Shown here in pieces: positions 1-8,234 of a stretch of 23,321 bases of DNA. The stretch's first letter is position 1. Every line of letters begins with the position of its first letter. Source of the DNA: a virus; the UHGV virus genome UHGV-0081595; one strand, given 5' to 3'. Both the position numbers and the translations under genes were made by a program. The notes under the pieces were generated by a model, which did no database searches, was not told the DNA's origin, and saw only the letters and a list, made by a program, of their open reading frames with translations.

Positions 1-444
1 TCATCTGGCCTGAACTGCCGGAGGCGTAGGCCATTCAATATCTGGAGCACTGGAAGTATCGACCAGTTCCAGTGCGTCCAGATAATCCAACCACAAATTA
101 TATTGCGCCAGTTCCTCACCTTTCAGACGACCAATAGCGGCTTTACCGGGCCATTGCTTACTGTTCATGTGTTCGTTGGCCTGATTAAGCAATAATTGTC
201 TTTCTGATTCTGCCTGTTGAATAAGTTCTTCATGTGATGGTTGAGGTATTTCAGCCCATGTGGGAAAACCATTTACCCCTGCAACCCGGATTTTCCCTTG
301 TGGCGGTTTCGCCATATATTTTACAGAAATGTTATCAGGAATATCTAATGCATCAGCGGGCCATGTTCCATTTACTTCATAAGTATTTTTTAAATTAACA
401 GCATAAAATGCATTTTCCGAAGGGGAATAAATATATTGATTCAT
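1..444 (-). CDS. G: tail fibre assembly protein (gpG-like chaperone)
   Basis: 147-aa ORF immediately downstream of the tail fibre gene; stop codon at the window edge (positions 1-3); AT-rich N-terminal half as expected for a fibre-tip-specific chaperone. Confidence 0.75.
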   Translation of the reverse strand: MNQYIYSPSENAFYAVNLKNTYEVNGTWPADALDIPDNISVKYMAKPPQGKIRVAGVNGFPTWAEIPQPSHEELIQQAESERQLLLNQANEHMNSKQWPGKAAIGRLKGEELAQYNLWLDYLDALELVDTSSAPDIEWPTPPAVQAR

Positions 445-445
445 A

Positions 446-1843
446 TTATCTTCCTATTGCAATAATCATAGTTCCATACAAACCATTTCCGGTTGATACT
501 TTTAAGGTTACTGATGTCCTTGTTGTCGTGTACCCCATAAGTTTAAAGGTCGGAGCAGCCGTTAATGTGCCATCAGACCATAAGGCACTAACAGCAAGTG
601 CACCTGAAGGAAATGCAATAGGGAAATTACCAGTAGTTCCGTTAGTGTCCGCCCCATAAACATTCATCGAAAACATTTGGACAATATGACCACTTGGTAA
701 CTGAAACCAGTTTTTGCCAGATGGGAATGCAGACATATCTGGTATCTGATTTTCCCCTGTTCCCACATTTCGTTTTGCCGCTTCTCCCAAACCAAGGTAT
801 GCGAGAAGACCAGCTACATCCTTTCCACTCAAATTAGTCAGCGTATTGTCCAGCGGTTGTTTACCTGCCAGCGCATTAAGCATTGTCGTGGCAAAGTTCG
901 GATCATTCCCCAGCGCCGCCGCCAGTTCGTTCAGTGTATCTAGGGCCGCAGGTGCAGAACCCACCATTCCTGCAATCGCCGATTTCACAAAAGCCGTAGT
1001 GGCAATCTGTGTATTGTTGACCGACTGCGCCGCCGTGGGGGCTGTTGGCGTTCCGGTGAGTGCCGGACTCGACAGCGGCGCTTTCAGTGCCAGCGCATTG
1101 TTAATGGTGGTACTGAATTTCGGATCATTGTTAATGGCTACGGCTATTTCTTTCAGCGTGTCCAGCGTGGCTGGCGCACCATTAATAAGAGCCGTCAGTG
1201 CCGCCTGAACAAATGCGGTGGTCGCAAGCTGCGTGGTATTATTCCCCGCCGCTGGCGTTGGCGCTTTGGGGGTTCCGGTAAACGTCGGACTTTCTTTGGG
1301 TGCATACTGTGAATGCGGGTCCGGTGCGGCAAGATGTTTTGCCATCAGGTCATCCACGTACACCTTCAGCTCCAGTGCCTTGTCATCCACATACTTGCGG
1401 GTTGCCAGCACTACAGCAGGGTCGATTTTCAGGGTGATATTGTCCGTACTGCTGGTAATCAGCACCATGCGCACGGTCTGGGTGCGCCCGCTGCCTTCAG
1501 CCAGTTGCGGCTTATAGCTTTCCGGGCAGTTGCCCACGGCAATCAATGCCCCGGACTCATCAAACAGGCCCACTTCACGTATCCACCAACCGCCCTCGTT
1601 TTCAGGGATCACCTGTTCAGCAATAATCTGGCTGCTGTTCTGCGGGTCGATATAAAGCATATTCAGCGCAGCCCGGCGTTTCTCATTTACCAGTGCCGTC
1701 TGCTTTGCGTCCGGCGTTGGCAATACTCCGCCGCCATCGCCCACCGCCATATGGGTAATTTTTAGCGGCACACCGAGCGCGGCGGCGCTGGCAAGTTTCG
1801 CCGCGCCAATATCCGTCAGCAGGGTATAAAATTTTGTGCTCAT
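446..1843 (-). CDS. H: tail fibre protein (gpH-like)
   Basis: 465 aa; N-terminus MSTKFYTLLTDIGAAKLA...MAVGDGGG is the conserved P2 gpH-type virion-anchoring domain; internal tandem fibre repeats; start overlaps the stop of gpI. Confidence 0.9.
   Translation of the reverse strand: MSTKFYTLLTDIGAAKLASAAALGVPLKITHMAVGDGGGVLPTPDAKQTALVNEKRRAALNMLYIDPQNSSQIIAEQVIPENEGGWWIREVGLFDESGALIAVGNCPESYKPQLAEGSGRTQTVRMVLITSSTDNITLKIDPAVVLATRKYVDDKALELKVYVDDLMAKHLAAPDPHSQYAPKESPTFTGTPKAPTPAAGNNTTQLATTAFVQAALTALINGAPATLDTLKEIAVAINNDPKFSTTINNALALKAPLSSPALTGTPTAPTAAQSVNNTQIATTAFVKSAIAGMVGSAPAALDTLNELAAALGNDPNFATTMLNALAGKQPLDNTLTNLSGKDVAGLLAYLGLGEAAKRNVGTGENQIPDMSAFPSGKNWFQLPSGHIVQMFSMNVYGADTNGTTGNFPIAFPSGALAVSALWSDGTLTAAPTFKLMGYTTTRTSVTLKVSTGNGLYGTMIIAIGR
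851..1285 (-). repeat. tandem duplication of a ~71-aa tail fibre repeat unit inside gene H
   Basis: Residues ~187-257 (TFTGTPKAPTPAAGNNTTQLATTAFVQAALTALINGAPATLDTLKEIAVAINNDPKFSTTINNALALKAPL) and ~261-331 (ALTGTPTAPTAAQSVNNTQIATTAFVKSAIAGMVGSAPAALDTLNELAAALGNDPNFATTMLNALAGKQPL) align along their length; the nucleotide similarity explains the plus-strand ORF artefacts at 846-1208 and 1218-1517. Confidence 0.8.
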
Positions 1844-2445
1844 GGATTCACTCTCATTGTGTCAATAACATGGACCGCCCCACCTTCATGCGCGGTGCCA
1901 CCGGAAATAATCGTTTCGTTGATATACGGATAGATCGTGATTTCTTCGCCAAGATAGCTGGCGGCTCCCACCCAATGCGGGCCGCTGGTCTGCAGATTGA
2001 TGGACATGCCGATCATGTGACGGCTACATGGTTTGGCATCACTTATCAGTCGCTCAAGTTCCAGATAGGTATCTTCAGTTATGCCCTGGTCCTGCACGCC
2101 GATATCCAGGCGAAACGTGCCCGGTGCCTCTCCGGTCTGCCACCACTCAATAATGCGGATCAGAAAGCCGAACGGCTCCACCACCCGCCGCACGGCACTG
2201 GTGGTCCCTTTATGCTGATGAATATAAAAAGCATCCTTCACCACCTGGCGCTTGACGCTTTCTGTCCAGCCCTCATCCCAGCGATCCACAGAGAACGCCC
2301 AGGCGAGATAAGGCAGGAAACTGACCGGACAGGTTGCCGGATTCCACAAGTCACGCAGCGGCACCTGCAGATCAGAAATCCCACTGCAGGTTTGCGCCAG
2401 TCGTCGCTCCAGTGAAGTTGAACCCGGTGGCAGCAGACTATTCAT
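1840..2445 (-). CDS. I: baseplate assembly protein gpI
   Basis: 201 aa; motifs RDLWNPATCP, LPYLAWAFSVDRWDE, GTFRLDIGV and DAKPCSRH match the P2 gpI family; overlaps J stop and H start (coupled). Confidence 0.9.
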   Translation of the reverse strand: MNSLLPPGSTSLERRLAQTCSGISDLQVPLRDLWNPATCPVSFLPYLAWAFSVDRWDEGWTESVKRQVVKDAFYIHQHKGTTSAVRRVVEPFGFLIRIIEWWQTGEAPGTFRLDIGVQDQGITEDTYLELERLISDAKPCSRHMIGMSINLQTSGPHWVGAASYLGEEITIYPYINETIISGGTAHEGGAVHVIDTMRVNP

Positions 2446-3346
2446 CCGTTCCTCCGTTGGTCACGCTCCACTGCGTACATGATGCCGCCTGCGTTTTGTT
2501 CAGGACCACATCCGCCAGAGGGGAAGCCAGCTCCACACGCTGCACACCCTCAACATGCAGGGCGGCAAAGATGGCGCTACGGCGAATATCCCGACCAAGA
2601 CGCGTCTGACTGGCGATGTACTTCTGCAGGCTGGCTTTTGCCGCTGCCATTACCGGCTCTGCTTCCGGTCCCGGATAAAGAAAAATGGTGGCTTCCACTC
2701 GGTACGGGATGATTTCTGCGCTGCGAACCGTCAGACGGTCAGCCACCGGGCGGACGTTCTCACTGTTCAGGGCGTTCTCCACCACATCCAGCAAGTCTTT
2801 TTCTGCAGTTCCGTCGCCTTCGCGGCTAAGGACAGTCAGCACCACCTCTGCAGGTGCCGGGCTGGTTGCACTGGCATCCGCCACCCGACCGTCGGCGCTT
2901 CGGGCATGAAATTCATAAGCGGCAGTTGGCCCCGCAACCGAAAGCCCTTCAAAGGCTGCAGGCACACGCAGGCGTAACGCTTCATCGCTTTCCATCACAG
3001 CCGCAACGGGCGGCACAGCGTCATTATCAGCAGGCGTCACCGTCAGGCGTTTCACGTTGTAGTTGGCAGCGAGCTGGTCAAGATCGCCGCCCATCGCGTA
3101 AGCCACCATCACCGCCTGCGCGGCTTCGTTAATGCGCTGGCGCAGAAGCAACTCACGGTAAGCGTTCTCCTGCAACAATTTGGTGACTGGTTCAGATTCC
3201 AGTTCCAGCGTGCGGATCACTGCTTCCTGCTCATCTTTCGGATGAAGCGCAACAAATTCGGCCTTGCGTTCGGCAAGCAACGTCTCAAAGTCCGGCACAT
3301 CGACAATCTGCGGCGCAGGCAACTGCGAAAGGTCAATCACTGCCAT
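2438..3346 (-). CDS. J: baseplate assembly protein gpJ
   Basis: Baseplate-J-like sequence beginning MAVIDLSQLPAPQIVDVPDFETLLAERKAEF; start placed at the internal ATG (3346) preceded by a GGAG SD, not the track's upstream start at 3385. Confidence 0.85.
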   Translation of the reverse strand: MAVIDLSQLPAPQIVDVPDFETLLAERKAEFVALHPKDEQEAVIRTLELESEPVTKLLQENAYRELLLRQRINEAAQAVMVAYAMGGDLDQLAANYNVKRLTVTPADNDAVPPVAAVMESDEALRLRVPAAFEGLSVAGPTAAYEFHARSADGRVADASATSPAPAEVVLTVLSREGDGTAEKDLLDVVENALNSENVRPVADRLTVRSAEIIPYRVEATIFLYPGPEAEPVMAAAKASLQKYIASQTRLGRDIRRSAIFAALHVEGVQRVELASPLADVVLNKTQAASCTQWSVTNGGTDE

Positions 3347-3692
3347 TCTCTGCTCCTGTTGATACGGAAAGGGAAACAGGCACACCGTTATTACGCCGCC
3401 CAGTCAGTCCCACCACCATTGAACCGTCAAAATTGCTGTTAATGGTGATGGAATCCAGCGTCAGCCGTGGCTCCCAGCGACTCAGCGCCACATACACTGC
3501 CGACATGACCTGCAGGCGTAACGCCGGATTTTGTGGCTGGTCTATCAGTGCCGACAGCAGGGAACCATATTCACGGCGAGCAATGCGGCTACCCTGCGGC
3601 GTCAGCAGAATGTCCCGCACCGACTGGCGCAGATGGTCAATATCAGTAATGGCTTTGCCGCTGGTATTGTTCATCCCGCTATAAAGCGTCAT
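3333..3692 (-). CDS. W: baseplate protein gpW (GPW/gp25 family)
   Basis: 119-aa ORF with the P2 gpW-like small baseplate wedge sequence; position between V and J; overlapping stop/start with neighbours. Confidence 0.85.
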   Translation of the reverse strand: MTLYSGMNNTSGKAITDIDHLRQSVRDILLTPQGSRIARREYGSLLSALIDQPQNPALRLQVMSAVYVALSRWEPRLTLDSITINSNFDGSMVVGLTGRRNNGVPVSLSVSTGAENGSD

Positions 3693-4267
3693 ACCGGGCC
3701 TCCGGTTGTATCGCCGCCTTTCAGGACGCCAGTATGCTGATGCGCATCAACCACGATCCCGTTAGAACTCATCGCTCCGCCGCCCTGGGTAACGCCACCA
3801 TTGATCACCACTTCGCTGTTAATGCGCGTGCGGTCAGCCTCCAGTACAAACTCACTGGTTTTCAGGGTGATGTTGTCAGCGGCCTCAATGACCATTGATT
3901 TGATGCCCCTGACATACCAGCGCCCGGTGGCGGGTTCGTATTCAAACCAGCCACCGTCAGGATGTTCTGTCACGCAGGCGTCCGCCGACGTCGACGGTGG
4001 TGCGAACTGATTCGAATAGACAGCGGGCAGCGCAAAGGCGGTCTCCAGATTGCCGCCCAGACTCAGCAGCACCACCTGCTCACCTTCCGATGGTTTCCAC
4101 CATGTGCGGGCATTACCCGCGCGCAGCGTCAGCCAGTTAATCCAGTTGGTTTCAAGGTCGCCCGTTTTCACCCGACAAAGCCAGTTTTCCCGGTCCACTT
4201 CGGTGACTACCCCAGTGCGGATCAGGTTGGTGATAAGGCGCATGATTTCGGTTAATTGTGCGTTCAT
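3689..4267 (-). CDS. V: baseplate spike/hub protein gpV
   Basis: 192 aa; N-terminus MNAQLTEIMRLITNLIRTGVVTEVD and C-terminal G-rich tip (GGDTTGGPV) resemble P2 gpV; first gene after a TGT-N12-ACA late-promoter element. Confidence 0.85.
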   Translation of the reverse strand: MNAQLTEIMRLITNLIRTGVVTEVDRENWLCRVKTGDLETNWINWLTLRAGNARTWWKPSEGEQVVLLSLGGNLETAFALPAVYSNQFAPPSTSADACVTEHPDGGWFEYEPATGRWYVRGIKSMVIEAADNITLKTSEFVLEADRTRINSEVVINGGVTQGGGAMSSNGIVVDAHQHTGVLKGGDTTGGPV

Positions 4268-4313
4268 AGGGAAAGGTTGCCATCAGGGGAAGAAAGGCGG
4301 CAGTGCTGCAACT

Positions 4314-4331
4314 TGTATCAGTGCTGATACA
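4314..4331 (-). promoter_or_regulatory. TGT-N12-ACA dyad, candidate Ogr/Delta-type late activator site upstream of V
   Basis: Sequence TGTATCAGTGCTGATACA lies in the S-V intergenic region, ~45 nt upstream of the V start codon; P2 late promoters carry this dyad near -55. Confidence 0.45.
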
Positions 4332-4335
4332 AAGA

Positions 4336-4782
4336 TCACCCCGCCAGCCATTGCAGAATCATGTCGCGAGTCATTGCCTCAACATCATCATTTACACCCA
4401 GCAGGCGGCGCTCTGCGTAACGGACCTCCGGTCCTTTGCGACTGACGCGATCACGCAGGCCGTAATGGTGAACACGGGCAATACGCTGCACCTTGCCTTC
4501 AAACTGTACGCTGGCAGAGTCGGCGCTGGCGGCAGTTTTCAGGTATTTTGTGGTGCGCAGCTTTGCAAACATCTGACGTTTGATGCGCCCCTTCTTGCTG
4601 CGTGCTGTTACCCTGCGCGGTTCATAACTGCTGCCATCTGGATTGCGCTGCATCCTGATATTCTGCTGCTGTGTCCGGCGCAGTTCCTGCGCCAGCTGGC
4701 GCATCATGCGGCTTCTTGCGACTGGTTCCAGATTCGCCAGTAAGGCACTAAGCCAGTCGTCCACCTTCTGCAGTTCAGCCAC
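4336..4782 (-). CDS. S: tail completion / virion morphogenesis protein gpS
   Basis: 148-aa basic protein at the gpS position (after R, before the V promoter); start overlaps the R stop. Confidence 0.8.
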   Translation of the reverse strand: MAELQKVDDWLSALLANLEPVARSRMMRQLAQELRRTQQQNIRMQRNPDGSSYEPRRVTARSKKGRIKRQMFAKLRTTKYLKTAASADSASVQFEGKVQRIARVHHYGLRDRVSRKGPEVRYAERRLLGVNDDVEAMTRDMILQWLAG

Positions 4783-5206
4783 GTTTCACCGTCCACATTT
4801 CTTCAGGTTCATCGGGTTCTGCTACAGCTTCAACGCTCGACACACTGCCGTCAGTGCTGACCAGCACACGTTCCGTCAGTTGCAGGTTAAGGCTGATATC
4901 ACAGACATCGTTGCGCAGAATATCCACCTCAAAGGTAAATAGTTTTTCCCGTAACGCCGGGTTATTGATGGCATCGGGCTGGTTATCCCGCAGCCACAGC
5001 AAAACCGGGGCCATCAGCAGATTCTGGTCGCCGCTGAAATCCTCAATCACCGCGTTCAGGGTGTAACGGTACTCCCACGACATGGAGCTGGCCCCCGTGG
5101 CAACCAGCGAACCGTTATCCACAAACAGATGCAGTTTGTCCGGGTTATTGCGGACATAAGGCACCGCTTTATTGAGGGCGTGGCGCAGGGATTGTGGTTT
5201 GTTCAC
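4775..5206 (-). CDS. R: tail completion protein gpR
   Basis: gpR-like sequence (VNKPQSLRHALNKAVPYVRNNPDKLHLFVDNGS...LWLRDNQPD); start placed at the GTG preceded by AGGAGCGAAACA, trimming 7 codons from the track ORF. Confidence 0.8.
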   Translation of the reverse strand: MNKPQSLRHALNKAVPYVRNNPDKLHLFVDNGSLVATGASSMSWEYRYTLNAVIEDFSGDQNLLMAPVLLWLRDNQPDAINNPALREKLFTFEVDILRNDVCDISLNLQLTERVLVSTDGSVSSVEAVAEPDEPEEMWTVKRG

Positions 5207-5459
5207 TGTTTCGCTCCTGACACGCAATAATCATGTCCACTTTGTCTGCACAGACCGCCCAGGCGGCCTCCGTTTCATCCAGCAACGCGTTCAGATCACC
5301 GTTAGTGCGCGGCGTTGCCTGATCCAGCCGACACGGCGTCACTCGCGGACAACCACTGACGGTAAGCTGTACCTCCGGTGAGTGCCGGACGTTCCCGCAG
5401 CCGGATAATGTCAGCAGGCAAAGGAGTATCAGCCCAGCGGCGTAAATCCTCGTTCTCAC
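5169..5459 (-). CDS. lysC: o-spanin (LysC/Rz1-like outer-membrane lipoprotein), embedded out of frame in lysB
   Basis: 96-aa ORF with signal peptide and lipobox LLTLSGC, Pro-rich C-terminus; nested in the +1 frame of the i-spanin gene and running into the start of R, as in P2 lysB/lysC. Confidence 0.6.
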   Translation of the reverse strand: MRTRIYAAGLILLCLLTLSGCGNVRHSPEVQLTVSGCPRVTPCRLDQATPRTNGDLNALLDETEAAWAVCADKVDMIIACQERNSEQTTIPAPRPQ

Positions 5460-5730
5460 GTTTCAGTTCCTCGATCCGGTGTTGTCGTTGTCTCAGCAGT
5501 GCGCTGGTCTGTTCTGCTTCGGCATAGAGCCGCGCCTGCTCCCGGTTATTGGTTTCAGTCAGAATGGACAGGCTGATAAGCTGGCTGTTGCTCTTTGCCA
5601 GTGCCTGGCTTTTGCTCTGCAGCTCGTCTGCCTGCGTGCTGATGGTCTGGCTGGCATCAGCCAGCCGCCACGTCTGCCAGCCCAGCGCCGCCAGTAATAA
5701 CGCCAGCACAACCAGCAGCAACCGGTTCAT
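5302..5730 (-). CDS. lysB: i-spanin (LysB/Rz-like)
   Basis: 142 aa; N-terminal TM segment (LLLVVLALLLAALGW) followed by a charged coiled-coil-like region; position after lysA/K. Confidence 0.75.
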   Translation of the reverse strand: MNRLLLVVLALLLAALGWQTWRLADASQTISTQADELQSKSQALAKSNSQLISLSILTETNNREQARLYAEAEQTSALLRQRQHRIEELKRENEDLRRWADTPLPADIIRLRERPALTGGTAYRQWLSASDAVSAGSGNAAH

Positions 5731-6104
5731 GCTGATACCTGTTGCGCAATCTGATTACGGGTCATCCAGAAGGCAATAACGGTCAGCAGATAAAAGACCA
5801 GGGTAATAGCCCACCCCGTCCAGGCGAGACTTACGACAATCAGCAATCGCATCACCCAGCTGATAAATACGTTTTCTTTTCGGGTAATGGTCTTCAGCAA
5901 AGATGCCCTCAACCCCTGCCAGAGCGGGCCATTCTTAATTAACGCAGCCAGTGCTACCGGAATTACCGCCCATGTCAGCAAACAGGCTACCCAAACGCCG
6001 GACGCTGCCAGTACCGGAAAGATCCCCTGCGGATACACCATTGCTGCGATTAACAGCGCCATCCATAACACCAGAAACAGTCCGCTGATTAATTTCTTTT
6101 CCAT
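5727..6104 (-). CDS. lysA: LysA-like multi-pass membrane protein (lysis timing/antiholin-like)
   Basis: Polytopic hydrophobic protein between endolysin and spanins; start placed at internal ATG (MEKKLISG) preceded by a GGGAG SD. Confidence 0.65.
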   Translation of the reverse strand: MEKKLISGLFLVLWMALLIAAMVYPQGIFPVLAASGVWVACLLTWAVIPVALAALIKNGPLWQGLRASLLKTITRKENVFISWVMRLLIVVSLAWTGWAITLVFYLLTVIAFWMTRNQIAQQVSA

Positions 6105-6105
6105 T

Positions 6106-6618
6106 TCAGTTTGCTCCCTGTAAACACCAGGCCATCTCCCGCGCACGGCGATTATCCAGCCCCTGATTAAACACACCTTTTACATAAACCCAGCGCGGCA
6201 ACTGTCGGCACGCATCCGCCCAGCGCCGCTGATTGAGCAATTTCACCAGCGTGGAACTACAGGCATTGCCCGTCCCCACGTTGAAGGCAAACGACACCGT
6301 AGCGTCATACACCTTCTGTGGTGGCTGTTGCTTCACACACCTTTCCAGTGCCCGCTCCACACGCAGCACGTTGGAGATCAGCCCTTCTGCTGCCTGTCGT
6401 TCCGTGATTGTTTTGCCGGGAATGACACCCGATGTATTACCAATGCCGTCGGTCCAGACACCCGCGCTGCACTGATACGGCTGCAGACGACAGCCTTCGT
6501 AATCGGCAATCAGTTTCAGTCCCTCCACGGAGGTGTGAAGCTGCTGAAAACCCGGCAGCGTGGCAGCAATAGCCAGCACGACCCCGACAAGGCAGCGTTT
6601 AACGATTGATGGATTCAT
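6106..6618 (-). CDS. K: endolysin, lysozyme with N-terminal signal-anchor-release (SAR) segment
   Basis: 170 aa; N-terminal hydrophobic stretch CLVGVVLAIAATL, then lysozyme motifs GVWTDGIGNT and FAFNVGTGNACSSTL resembling phage 21 R-type SAR endolysins. Confidence 0.85.
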   Translation of the reverse strand: MNPSIVKRCLVGVVLAIAATLPGFQQLHTSVEGLKLIADYEGCRLQPYQCSAGVWTDGIGNTSGVIPGKTITERQAAEGLISNVLRVERALERCVKQQPPQKVYDATVSFAFNVGTGNACSSTLVKLLNQRRWADACRQLPRWVYVKGVFNQGLDNRRAREMAWCLQGAN

Positions 6619-6814
6619 AGTCCTCCCGCGAGATCTGCCCGTCGCGCAGAAGCAGGTAGGCTTTGTGTTTGTAGTACCAGTTGATAGCCAGCATCAGCAC
6701 ACCAATCATCAGGCCGCCCAGCGTTGAGGCATCCTTGATGGACAAATCGCCCAGCCAGGCCAGCACAACGGCGATGCAGTAAGTGATAAAGGCGCTGATT
6801 CGCTCAAGCGTCAT
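6599..6814 (-). CDS. small two-TM holin (pinholin-like)
   Basis: 71 aa with two hydrophobic helices and a charged C-terminal tail; directly upstream of and overlapping the SAR endolysin gene. Confidence 0.7.
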   Translation of the reverse strand: MTLERISAFITYCIAVVLAWLGDLSIKDASTLGGLMIGVLMLAINWYYKHKAYLLLRDGQISREDYESINR

Positions 6815-6817
6815 AAT

Positions 6818-7021
6818 TCAGTCCCATAGCTGGACGGTCTGCGCGGTGGTGGTGGTCGGAATGTCCGGCAGCTCCACCTGCAGCCCGTGAGGTAAAAAGG
6901 GGCCATATTCGGCAAGCCCCGGATTTGCCTTCAGTACCTGCTCCGTGACACCCTGCGTGCGCCCGTAATGACGCCAGCAAAGCGCGTCCACCGTGTCATA
7001 CTGATGCGCACGCACTTTCAT
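6818..7021 (-). CDS. X: tail protein X
   Basis: 67-aa ORF at the P2 gpX position between L and the holin; sequence consistent with the small LysM-like gpX family. Confidence 0.8.
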   Translation of the reverse strand: MKVRAHQYDTVDALCWRHYGRTQGVTEQVLKANPGLAEYGPFLPHGLQVELPDIPTTTTAQTVQLWD

Positions 7022-7485
7022 CAGATAAGCTCCACTGTGCAGTGCGGCGCATCCTGCACCCGGCTGATGGCCCAGCGGGCGTCACGCCACAAATCACCGC
7101 TGGATTCCGCCAGTTCCTCGCCTCGCTTCACACCGGATGCCGTGGCGTCATAGTCCTGGTATCGTTCGTTGAGCATGGCGCGTGCCCAGCAGTAAACCGC
7201 GTTGAAATAGTGCTGAATGCGCTCACTTTTGCCGTCCAGCTGTTCCGCCGGAACCTCAGCCAGCGACACATACCCCAGCATCTGCTGACGTCTGCGAAAC
7301 TCATACAGCTCTGCGTTGACCTCCGAAATTGCCGACAGCGCAACCTGCTTTAAACGCGGCTGCGTCACCGTGCCGTCAGTGCGCATGACACTGCGAAACT
7401 CCGACAGGTCCACATCAGGCCAGAACGGCGTATTTCTGATGATTTCCGCCTGTTCCGGTGCCTGTTCTGGCGCAACAAACTTCAT
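7021..7485 (-). CDS. L: head completion/stabilisation protein gpL
   Basis: gpL-like sequence; start placed at internal ATG (MKFVAPEQ) preceded by a GGAGA SD, not the track's upstream start at 7548. Confidence 0.8.
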   Translation of the reverse strand: MKFVAPEQAPEQAEIIRNTPFWPDVDLSEFRSVMRTDGTVTQPRLKQVALSAISEVNAELYEFRRRQQMLGYVSLAEVPAEQLDGKSERIQHYFNAVYCWARAMLNERYQDYDATASGVKRGEELAESSGDLWRDARWAISRVQDAPHCTVELI

Positions 7486-7580
7486 GCTGCTTTCTCCTGA
7501 AATAGAGGGCGGTGGACGGGGTTTTGATGTGGCAGTGCCTTTCGCCACCCCGTGCCGCCCGTGCGCGGGGGCACGTTCTG

Positions 7581-8231
7581 TCAGCGGCTGTCATTGCGCA
7601 GTCTGCGCTCCAGCTGCTGTTTGTCTTTTTTCACGCCACAGCGGGGATCAAGCTGTAACGCATGGTTGAGATGATTAAGGGCGGAAGCCGGATTGCTTTC
7701 ACTCAGGACAGCGCCAATCGCTTTATGCAGACGCGCCCGTGACTGGTCCGGCATATCCAGACCGTCTGTCAGCTCCAGCGTCTGCAACAACAGATCGGCA
7801 TCAAAGCCGGTGGCGGCAAGCATTGCGCTCTGCGCGGCGTCTGCCATTTCCTCTGCCAGCACGGTCTGCACGTTGCGGTTACCCAGCGGCATCACCCAGC
7901 CATGACGCAGGGCATGACGCCCGATCTCCAGCGCCCCGGCATAATCTCCGGCATCAATGCGCCACAGCATCACGTACATCAGCACGTCATCCTGTTGAGC
8001 GCCTCCGGCAGCCAGGACACCCTCTGCCCAGGCGGCGTACTTCGGCAGCAGCTTCACCTTGATTTCCGCTTTTTTGACCGTGGACTGAACGCCCTTGAGA
8101 CGGCGGCGGTCTTCCGCCAGTTGCAGCAGCATCAGGTCATAGCCCGATGCGTGGCGAACACTGCCGCCCTCGCGGGCGGCCTGTTCAGCCTGAACGCGCA
8201 GGCGATGCTGCCGTGCGGGACTCAGGCTCAT
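7581..8231 (-). CDS. M: terminase endonuclease (small) subunit gpM
   Basis: 216 aa; strong resemblance to P2 gpM (LPKYAAWAEGVLAAGGAQQDDVLMYVMLWRIDAGDYAGALEIGRHAL..., ...LDPRCGVKKD...). Confidence 0.85.
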   Translation of the reverse strand: MSLSPARQHRLRVQAEQAAREGGSVRHASGYDLMLLQLAEDRRRLKGVQSTVKKAEIKVKLLPKYAAWAEGVLAAGGAQQDDVLMYVMLWRIDAGDYAGALEIGRHALRHGWVMPLGNRNVQTVLAEEMADAAQSAMLAATGFDADLLLQTLELTDGLDMPDQSRARLHKAIGAVLSESNPASALNHLNHALQLDPRCGVKKDKQQLERRLRNDSR

Positions 8232-8234
8232 GGA

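Noticed and set aside
846-1765. Plus-strand ORFs (846-1208, 1218-1517, 1313-1765) antisense to the tail fibre gene
   Set aside because: They lie entirely within gene H on the opposite strand, are Ala/Ser/Gly-rich as expected for antisense reading of a GC-rich repeat, and have no SD; artefacts of the fibre repeat region.
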